From Candidatus Aenigmatarchaeota archaeon (GTDB taxonomy: Archaea; Aenigmatarchaeota; Aenigmatarchaeia; CG10238-14; SCSR01), in assembly GCA_038998625.1 (NCBI GenBank), contig JAWADS010000004.1, forward strand, positions 1-41,085: a stretch of 41,085 nt of DNA, in the 5' to 3' direction. The notes under the pieces were generated by a model that made no database searches, was not told where the DNA came from, and saw only the letters and a list, made by a program, of their open reading frames with translations. Below, piece by piece: positions 33,886 through 41,085 of this stretch. A program made the translations under genes and the position numbers. The number at the start of each line of letters is the position of its first letter. The first letter of the stretch is position 1.

Positions 33886-36081
33886 TTAAACACCAAACTT
33901 CTCTAATGTGCTTTGCTTCTCTCTAAACTCTTTTGCTTTTTTTCCTTCCAATTGATCTTTAATTATCTTAGCAATAGTTGGTCCAACTATCTTTGATAAA
34001 ATGTCTATTGGTATTTTTCTCAAATCATTCATAGTTTTAAGGCCTGCATCAAATAACTTTCTTGCCCTTATTCTTCCAACTTGCTCTAACCTAACTAAAG
34101 GAATTAATTCCTCTTTAACACCATACATTAAACGAATTCTAAGCTTTCTTATATCCTTCAAGATTTCTTTAAATCCTAATAGTAGGGCTAATTCTTGTAA
34201 GCAATAAATGAGCCAATCAGCAACTTCTAATCTTCCTCTTAGCTCTCCTGGTGCAACTCCATATTTTGTTAAGATTTTATCTTCACTTGCTTCATTTATC
34301 CAATCTTCTAACATTAAAGCTGTTTTAATTGATTTGAAAAATTCATCGAAATCTAAATCCCATTCTTCAGGAATTTTCTGAAGAAAAACTTTTTCCTTCA
34401 TGGCCAAAATATTCTCAATTTCAGAGAACTCTCCAGTTCTAACTGATAGAAGGGGTTTGAATTCTAAAGTATTACAAATGGTCTGCAAATAGCTAAAAGA
34501 TTCTGTTTCTTTATTCACAGCATTTTTTAGACATTCTACGAAATAATTTGCCGTTAAAGGATCGATATAGAGCTCCGAAACCCTTTTTCCCAATTTTGTT
34601 GCGGTTAGCTTCTCTTTATCTTTTTTTATAAACTCCCACTCTTCAAGCCTTTGCAATATCTCTTCTAATTTATCCTCTATCAACGAAATATTACCATATT
34701 GAAAAGCAAAAAAAGTTTTGGAAAAGAATTCATTAAGAGATTTTTTTGATTTCACCAATTCGCTAGCAATCAATGCTAAAGTATGCATTCGCAATATTGG
34801 CTCTAGCATCAACTTTGATGTGATTTCTTCGGGCTCACCTAAAATAAAATGATTTGTTAAATCTTTAGCATCCTCTTCTGTTTTAGATATAAGAATCGCT
34901 TCCCCAAATTCATCATATTGAGGCCTTCCTGCTCTGCCTATCATTTGTTTGTACTCTAAAACAGGAATATAAATCGTGCCGATGCCTGGATAATACCTTT
35001 TCGCATCCCTTATTATTACCCTAAAGGCAGGTAAGTTTACACCTAAAGCCAAAGTAGGTGTGGCAACTATAACTTTTATTAAACCATTCCTAAAATTTTC
35101 TTCAACAATTCTTTTTTGTGCACCTAGCAGACCGGCATGATGAAATGCTGCTCCTCTTTTAACACAATTAGCTAATCTTTTGCATTGTTGAGTTGGATTT
35201 TCAAGAACATTTAAGATTGCATCGGAAATCTTCGTTAACTCTCTTTCTTCACTTCTTTTAAGATAAGACTTAACTAGTTTCGACAATTTTTCAGCTAAAG
35301 CTTCTGCCCCCTTTCTAGTTGAAACAAAAAATAAACATTGTTTATTCATTTGTAATGTGTTTTGAACAATTCCTGCATCAATTTCTAAATTTGATAATTC
35401 ATAACCTTTCCTTCCATAAAACTGAATTTTAGAATTATAAGCTATGCCCTCAAAAAGTTTCACTGGCCTAAAATCGCTCATATAAAAAGAAGCATTTAAC
35501 CAATTAGCTAATTCATTTACATTTCGAATAGTTGCACTTAATCCCAATATCTGAGCTTGAGGAATGATTTTTCTCAGAAGTGCTAATAAAATTTCCAATG
35601 TTGGTCCTCTAGAAGGATCGTTTATTAAGTGAATCTCATCTGCAACAATCAATTTCACATCCTTAATCCAATTTGCGCCATGCCTTATCAAAGAATCACA
35701 TTTCTCGTTTGTCATAATAATAATATCGTAATCGGCCAGCCAAGGATCGGCACTATCATAATCTGAAACAGAAATTGCCACTTTATATTTTCCTTCAAAA
35801 AATTTTTTATAATATTCAAATTTTTCATAAGCTAAAGCGACTAAGGGAACTAAATAAATTACTTTACATCTTTCTTTAGAAAGTTTTTTGATCATCGCCA
35901 ATGTGGCTATTAATGTCTTCCCTCCAGCAGTAGGAACAGACAAAATCAAATTCCCTTTGTCCAACAATTTTTTTCTTACAATATCTGCTTGTGGTGGATA
36001 AAGGGTAAAAATTTTTTCTTCAGCGAATTTTTTAATAAAGGCTTCTTCTATATCAAATTTAGATAATTCTTCAATATTCAT
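33886..36081 (-). CDS. hel308: Ski2-like DNA helicase Hel308/Hjm
   Basis: LYPPQ, PTAGGKT, DEIH, LSAT, FHHAGL, QMIGRAGRP, VGRIRARKL. Confidence 0.95.
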   Translation of the reverse strand: MNIEELSKFDIEEAFIKKFAEEKIFTLYPPQADIVRKKLLDKGNLILSVPTAGGKTLIATLAMIKKLSKERCKVIYLVPLVALAYEKFEYYKKFFEGKYKVAISVSDYDSADPWLADYDIIIMTNEKCDSLIRHGANWIKDVKLIVADEIHLINDPSRGPTLEILLALLRKIIPQAQILGLSATIRNVNELANWLNASFYMSDFRPVKLFEGIAYNSKIQFYGRKGYELSNLEIDAGIVQNTLQMNKQCLFFVSTRKGAEALAEKLSKLVKSYLKRSEERELTKISDAILNVLENPTQQCKRLANCVKRGAAFHHAGLLGAQKRIVEENFRNGLIKVIVATPTLALGVNLPAFRVIIRDAKRYYPGIGTIYIPVLEYKQMIGRAGRPQYDEFGEAILISKTEEDAKDLTNHFILGEPEEITSKLMLEPILRMHTLALIASELVKSKKSLNEFFSKTFFAFQYGNISLIEDKLEEILQRLEEWEFIKKDKEKLTATKLGKRVSELYIDPLTANYFVECLKNAVNKETESFSYLQTICNTLEFKPLLSVRTGEFSEIENILAMKEKVFLQKIPEEWDLDFDEFFKSIKTALMLEDWINEASEDKILTKYGVAPGELRGRLEVADWLIYCLQELALLLGFKEILKDIRKLRIRLMYGVKEELIPLVRLEQVGRIRARKLFDAGLKTMNDLRKIPIDILSKIVGPTIAKIIKDQLEGKKAKEFREKQSTLEKFGV

Positions 36082-36146
36082 AAAATACAAAAAGGATTAA
36101 CGAAAAATAAATTTTATTTAAAAATTTTTGACATTAGAATATTAGA

Positions 36147-37124
36147 ATGATTTGCCTTGGCCTAGAACACACAGCACATACCTTTGGTGTTGGAATTATT
36201 ACAGATAAGGGAAATATTCTAGCTAATGAAAAGGATATTTATAAACCTATTATAGGAAAAGGAATCGTTCCTACTGAAGCAGCCCAACATCATAAAAAAG
36301 TAAAGGAAAAAATTTTAAAAGCTGCCTTAAAAAAAGCAAATCTAGATTTAAAAGATGTGGATATCATTGCTTATTCTGCAGGTCCAGGTTTGCCTCCCTG
36401 CCTTTTAGTAGGAGCAAATTTTGCAGAAGAGCTTACAAAGAAATATGAAAAACCTTTAGTCTTAGTAAACCATGCTGTGGCTCATTTGGAAATTGGTCGT
36501 TTAACTACAAAAACCAAAGATCCGGTTTATGTATATCTCTCTGGTGGGAACACTCAGATAATTGCTTTTATAGGAAACAGATATAGAATTTTTGGCGAAA
36601 CGCAAGATATTCCAATAGGAAATTGTTTAGATGTGGTGGCAAGAAAAATGAATTTGCCTATGCCTGGTGGCCCGGAAATAGAAAAATTGGCTAAAGGAGG
36701 AAAATATGTAGAATTGCCCTATGTTGTTAAAGGAATGGATTTATCTTTTAGCGGTATACAAACCGCGGCAATAAAATTGATAGAAAAAGGTGTTCCGAAA
36801 GAAGACGTTGCCTATTCTTTACAAGAAACTTGTTTTTCTATGCTTACTGAAGTTACAGAAAGAGCTTTGGCCCATACTAAAAAAGAAGAAGTTTTGTTGG
36901 TGGGAGGAGTTGCGGCTAATAAAAGATTACAAGAAATGATAAAAGTGATGTGTGAAGAAAGGGGAGCTAAGTTTTTTGTTGTGCCGGAAGAATATTCTGG
37001 AGATCAGGGAGTAATGATAGCTTGGACGGGAATATTGGCTTATAAATCAGGATGGAAACCCGACTTTAAAGATAAAATTAAACCCAATTGGAGAATTGAT
37101 CAAGTTTCAATTACTTGGATTTAA
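36147..37124 (+). CDS. kae1: KEOPS t6A synthase Kae1
   Basis: GPGLPPCL, NHAVAHLE, LSGGNTQ, GGVAAN. Confidence 0.96.
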   Translation: MICLGLEHTAHTFGVGIITDKGNILANEKDIYKPIIGKGIVPTEAAQHHKKVKEKILKAALKKANLDLKDVDIIAYSAGPGLPPCLLVGANFAEELTKKYEKPLVLVNHAVAHLEIGRLTTKTKDPVYVYLSGGNTQIIAFIGNRYRIFGETQDIPIGNCLDVVARKMNLPMPGGPEIEKLAKGGKYVELPYVVKGMDLSFSGIQTAAIKLIEKGVPKEDVAYSLQETCFSMLTEVTERALAHTKKEEVLLVGGVAANKRLQEMIKVMCEERGAKFFVVPEEYSGDQGVMIAWTGILAYKSGWKPDFKDKIKPNWRIDQVSITWI

Positions 37125-37137
37125 ACTTGAATGCAAA

Positions 37138-37335
37138 CTATTTTTTCTTTCTTTTCAACCAAGCGACTAGATTTATTACAATAAGTACCACAACAATAAT
37201 CGGTGCAATAAAAGCGGTCCATAGAAGCAACCAAAGGTATTTTCCATGTATGGTAAAGGCTAAAATAAATGGACCTGCCAACAAGAAAATTAATATAGCG
37301 ATTAAAACTAAATTTATTATTTTAAGACTTGACAT
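37138..37335 (-). CDS. Small two-TM membrane protein
   Basis: Two hydrophobic stretches and a basic C-terminus. Confidence 0.5.
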   Translation of the reverse strand: MSSLKIINLVLIAILIFLLAGPFILAFTIHGKYLWLLLWTAFIAPIIVVVLIVINLVAWLKRKKK

Positions 37336-37372
37336 TGTTGATCGATATACTTTTTAAGCAAAAAATTTTGAA

Positions 37373-37648
37373 TTAAATTAACTCATTCTCGCTAACTATT
37401 ACGAAGTCGCCAACAGATTTTACAGCACTGAAGGGAATTAAGTATCTCCCTTTTTCATCCGTCTTGAGATTCAATTCAATCAAATGCTTTGTTGCCTGGT
37501 CCACAATTAGATTTAACAATTCTCCGCTTTCAGTAACAAAATCGATATTTGATACGACCCCAAATTTTCTTCCTGTTTCTTCACTAATAACTTGTTTGCC
37601 CATTATATCACCAGCTCTTATTCTAGTTTCTGCCATAAACATCACCAT
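37373..37648 (-). CDS. PRC-barrel domain protein (CdpB-like)
   Basis: IMGKQV..GRKFG.V.NI...SG....IPFSAVKSVGDFVIV. Confidence 0.88.
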   Translation of the reverse strand: MVMFMAETRIRAGDIMGKQVISEETGRKFGVVSNIDFVTESGELLNLIVDQATKHLIELNLKTDEKGRYLIPFSAVKSVGDFVIVSENELI

Positions 37649-37683
37649 ATAATATTTTGTATTTATGAATTTAAAATCTTTTC

Positions 37684-38208
37684 ATGAGGGTCTTTATTGG
37701 AATTTTTGTGCCAGATGATTTAAAGGAAAAAATATTAGATTTACAGAATCAAATAAAAAATTTGCCGCTAGAAGTAAAAATGGTTGAGGCGGAAAACCTT
37801 CATATAACTTTGTCATTTTTAGGCGAAATTTCTGAAGAAAAAATAATGTTAATAAAAGATAAATTAGATCAAATCACAAAAAAACATAAAAAATTTGAAG
37901 CAAATATTAATGGAATAAAATTAATCCCAAATCAAAATTACATTCGAGTAATAGCTTTGGATGTTATTAGCAATGAGCTAAATAGAATTAGTCATGAAAT
38001 TAAAGAAATTATTGGTGGGGATGTGAAACCGCCGCATTTAACTTTATGCCGTGTGAAGAATATCTCAGACAAAAGTAATACTGTTCGTCAATTATTAAAA
38101 TTAGGGTTGAAAGAAGTTATAGAAATTAAATCCATTTGCATAATAAAAAGTGTGATTAAAAAGACGGGTCCGGAATATTCATCTTTATATGAAAGTAATT
38201 TAATTTAA
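37684..38208 (+). CDS. thpR: RNA 2',3'-cyclic phosphodiesterase (2H family)
   Basis: MRVFIGI, HITLSFLG, PHLTLCR, GPEY. Confidence 0.92.
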   Translation: MRVFIGIFVPDDLKEKILDLQNQIKNLPLEVKMVEAENLHITLSFLGEISEEKIMLIKDKLDQITKKHKKFEANINGIKLIPNQNYIRVIALDVISNELNRISHEIKEIIGGDVKPPHLTLCRVKNISDKSNTVRQLLKLGLKEVIEIKSICIIKSVIKKTGPEYSSLYESNLI

Positions 38209-38631
38209 CTTATTCAAAACTTTTTTTCTGTTTAAAGATTTTATATAAAAATTAATTGAGTTTTCTTCATTTCTTAAAAATTTTATAAAATAAGCTAGCT
38301 CTTCTAATTTTGCGATTTTGAACGTAGATTTAAACAAACTTGAAAGAAAAATGACCTTTAAATGATGAGCTTCAAAATATTTTTTAAGAAAACTATACAT
38401 TCTTCTCCCTTCCTTATCAAAATCTGTTAAAATAACTACTTCCTTAAATTTGCTTACAATATCATCAGCAATTTTTATTAAAGAATTCCCAGATATCGCA
38501 ACAACATTTTCAAAACCTAATTCTAATAAAACTTTCTTATCTCTAATCCCTTCTACAATAACTGGTTTATCTTTATAGATATCTATTTCCTTCAGAAATT
38601 TTTGAATTTTTGTCTCACTCAACATATTCAC
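38200..38631 (-). CDS. Small Toprim-domain protein
   Basis: IVEGIRD and ILTDFDKEG motifs. Confidence 0.88.
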   Translation of the reverse strand: MNMLSETKIQKFLKEIDIYKDKPVIVEGIRDKKVLLELGFENVVAISGNSLIKIADDIVSKFKEVVILTDFDKEGRRMYSFLKKYFEAHHLKVIFLSSLFKSTFKIAKLEELAYFIKFLRNEENSINFYIKSLNRKKVLNKLN

Positions 38632-39435
38632 TTAAAAAATTCTTTCTAATATATCTCTTTCAGTAATTATCCCAACTAAGTTTTTATTATCGTCAGTGAC
38701 TAAAATGCCTCCCACATCCTTTTCAACCATTAACCTCAAGGCCTGAGAAACATCTTCATCACTTTTAATAGTAATTGGACTCCTTTTAACTAAAAAATCT
38801 ATTGGCGCATGCAAATCTTCATATCGATACTCATGGGTTAAAATATAATTTATCAGGTCTGATGATGTAACAATTCCAACTAAATTCTTACCATCCATAA
38901 CAGGCAACCTTCTATAATGGGAGTTGACAATGCTTTTTAAGCAATCGTAGATTGAAACTTTGTTAGAAATTATTAATGGTTTTCTTGTCATCACTTCTTC
39001 TATTTTTTCATTAAAAGGTATATTAATAAAATGTTTTACAATGTCTCTTTCATTTGCTATTCCCAATAAAAATTTTTTATTTTCATCTTCAACTATAGGT
39101 GCTCCGCCTCGCCTAGATATTTTGAGTTTTTGGAGGGCTTGCTCCAAAGTTTCATCTTTACGGAAAAAAATAACCTCTCTAATCATTATGGACTTTATAC
39201 TTTCATTAAAATTCTGCTGTCTCAAAAAAGCATCTAATATATCCATGGTAGTCACTATTCCTGTTAATTCATTCTTCTTGTTTGTTATAGGAATTCTTCT
39301 ATGACCGGATAAAATTATTTTCTTAACCACTTCTTTAATAGAAACATTTTCATTGGCAAAAGTTGGATTTAGATTAGCAATTTTAATAATTTTATCTTCC
39401 CTCTTCAATCCAGAAACTTCTAGATTTACGCTCAT
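38632..39435 (-). CDS. CBS-domain protein (four CBS)
   Basis: Repeated RRxP...GIVT..D motifs. Confidence 0.92.
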   Translation of the reverse strand: MSVNLEVSGLKREDKIIKIANLNPTFANENVSIKEVVKKIILSGHRRIPITNKKNELTGIVTTMDILDAFLRQQNFNESIKSIMIREVIFFRKDETLEQALQKLKISRRGGAPIVEDENKKFLLGIANERDIVKHFINIPFNEKIEEVMTRKPLIISNKVSIYDCLKSIVNSHYRRLPVMDGKNLVGIVTSSDLINYILTHEYRYEDLHAPIDFLVKRSPITIKSDEDVSQALRLMVEKDVGGILVTDDNKNLVGIITERDILERIF

Positions 39436-40004
39436 CTTTCGGCCACTAAATCTTCTCTACAAGTTTCACAAAGCCATTGATCATTAACATATTTTAAATC
39501 GTCCGAATAACTATCACAATTATCACAAATTCCAGAAGTTACTGCTTCTTTAATTGTTGGTACTTCTTCCCTCATTTTTAATCTGTATTCTAACAATTCT
39601 ACCAACTCTGGAACAGTAACGGCTATGTCAGTCATAGATAGCATTCCGACCAATTTACCATTTTCAGTAATAACTGGCAACCTCTTTATATTATTCTTTT
39701 TCAATTTCTTTGCAGCCTCATAACAAGTCTCCTCAGGAGTAGTAGTTACTAAAGGTTTCGACATAACAGCGCTGACTTTTGTTTTAGCTGGATTTTTCCC
39801 TTTTGAAACAACCCTTCTAATTATATCTGTGTCTGTAAGAATACCAACTGGCTTACCTTTTCTTGTTATAACAACAGAGCCCACATTTTTCTTGTCCATT
39901 AGCACAGCAGCTTCTTTAACAGTCTTGTTTATATCAATCGTTTGAACTGGTTTTGTCATTATTTCTTTTACATATATTTTTGCAGGGGTTTCCAAAAAAA
40001 TCAC
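39432..40004 (-). CDS. CBS-pair protein with C-terminal Zn ribbon
   Basis: Two CBS domains; GICDNC...WLCETC. Confidence 0.92.
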   Translation of the reverse strand: MIFLETPAKIYVKEIMTKPVQTIDINKTVKEAAVLMDKKNVGSVVITRKGKPVGILTDTDIIRRVVSKGKNPAKTKVSAVMSKPLVTTTPEETCYEAAKKLKKNNIKRLPVITENGKLVGMLSMTDIAVTVPELVELLEYRLKMREEVPTIKEAVTSGICDNCDSYSDDLKYVNDQWLCETCREDLVAER

Positions 40005-40022
40005 CTAATAATATTTATATTT

Positions 40023-40349
40023 TTAATATTTAACTAAAAAATCTTTTAGTGCCATACCATCAGTTATTTTTATAACTTTTTTCGGCTTGACAACACGAAT
40101 TCTTCCATAACCAAAATCTACTATAATAAAGAAAGGAAAACCAGCCAATTTTTTTGAAGAATAGCCATAATAATAAAAGTTTTTCTTACGAGTTGATTTA
40201 ATTTGAAATAAAAAACATTTGCCGTTTTTTAAACAAACTAAATCTGCTTCTCCTAAACTTCCCCCTGCTCTAACAACAAGCCAATTGTTGGCTTCTAAAA
40301 TTTTCCTTATTTTTCTCTCAACCATATAACCTTTTCTTTTAGTGCCCAT
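40023..40349 (-). CDS. hjc: Holliday junction resolvase Hjc-like PD-(D/E)xK nuclease
   Basis: KG..ER, VRAGGS, DL, QIKST; probable ATG at 40349. Confidence 0.8.
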   Translation of the reverse strand: MGTKRKGYMVERKIRKILEANNWLVVRAGGSLGEADLVCLKNGKCFLFQIKSTRKKNFYYYGYSSKKLAGFPFFIIVDFGYGRIRVVKPKKVIKITDGMALKDFLVKY

Positions 40350-40392
40350 ATATTTGTATTTGGCCCCTCCAAAAATTAAAAAGGAGATGTAA

Positions 40393-41070
40393 ATGAATTT
40401 GTTGATAATATCGGATATCCACAATGATATAGAAAATTTGTTAACTTACTTAGATAAAATAGCTTTGTTAGATTTTGATGTAATAATTTGCCCTGGAGAC
40501 CTAACAGATATTATTATACCAAAAGGATTTTCTCGAACTGAAATCGCAAAAATTATTATCAATGAATTAAAGATACTGAAGAAGCCATTACTTATGGTTC
40601 CAGGAAATATGGATGCGGAAATTATTTCCTTATTGGAGGAGGAAGATATAAGCCTTCATGGAAGAGGAAAGGTAATAAACAATGTAGGTTTTTATGGATA
40701 TGGTGGGGCAAAAACTCCTTTCAATACGCCTTTAGAAGTTACAGAAGAAGAATTAAAAAAAGGTTTAGAAAAAGCTTACAATGAAGTTAAAAATAGTGAA
40801 ATAAAAGTTCAGGTTACACATATGCCACCCATAGGAACAAATTTAGATAAAATTGTTTCTGGTGCCCATGTTGGGTCTCAAGCAATTAGAGATTTTATAG
40901 AAAAACATAAACCTGAAGTAGCAATATCTGCCCACATACATGAAGCTAAGGGAATTGACAGGTTAAATGACACGATTTTAATAAATTCTGGTAGATTTCC
41001 GGAGGGGAATTGTGGTTTAATTTCTTTAAAAAATGGAAAGGCTGAAGCAAAAATAATTAGTTTAATCTAA
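40393..41070 (+). CDS. Calcineurin-like metallophosphoesterase
   Basis: SDIH, GD, PGNMD, THMPP, AHIHE. Confidence 0.92.
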   Translation: MNLLIISDIHNDIENLLTYLDKIALLDFDVIICPGDLTDIIIPKGFSRTEIAKIIINELKILKKPLLMVPGNMDAEIISLLEEEDISLHGRGKVINNVGFYGYGGAKTPFNTPLEVTEEELKKGLEKAYNEVKNSEIKVQVTHMPPIGTNLDKIVSGAHVGSQAIRDFIEKHKPEVAISAHIHEAKGIDRLNDTILINSGRFPEGNCGLISLKNGKAEAKIISLI

Positions 41071-41085
41071 CTTCTACAGAATACA

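Noticed and set aside
132..39304. Numerous 60-160 aa antisense ORFs overlapping core genes
   Set aside because: Shadow ORFs (Ser/Ile/Phe-rich) on the reverse strand of well-supported genes.

Overview
AT-rich archaeal chromosome segment. Gene content and divergence suggest a DPANN lineage such as Aenigmarchaeota (inference). Most of it is core informational machinery: rpoB-rpoA1-rpoA2-L30e-nusA-S12-S7-EF2, gltX-L7Ae-S28e-L24e, S13-S4-S11-rpoD, slyD-ftsZ-secE-spt5-L11-L1-L10-L12, nop5/fibrillarin, trmI, hel308, kae1 and hjc. The most striking signal is a hidden 33-nt intron (25270-25302) with a textbook bulge-helix-bulge (BHB) motif in the mRNA of ribosomal stalk protein P1/L12. Excising it at the canonical BHB cut sites restores the conserved C-terminal GLSALFG factor-binding tail, while the unspliced form ends HLTLVMGS*. 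The surrounding GTPase-associated centre also looks remodelled: uL11 lacks its N-terminal domain, P0 lacks its acidic tail, and uS12 and EF-2 have altered conserved motifs. All three tRNA genes carry introns, two of them at non-canonical positions. FtsZ has a 371-aa LAGLIDADG intein inside its GGGTG signature. A ~4 kb accessory block after EF-2 encodes an archaeal tyrosine recombinase preceded by a lox/dif-like inverted repeat, and a putative membrane-anchored wHTH protein associated with inverted CAAT repeat tracts.
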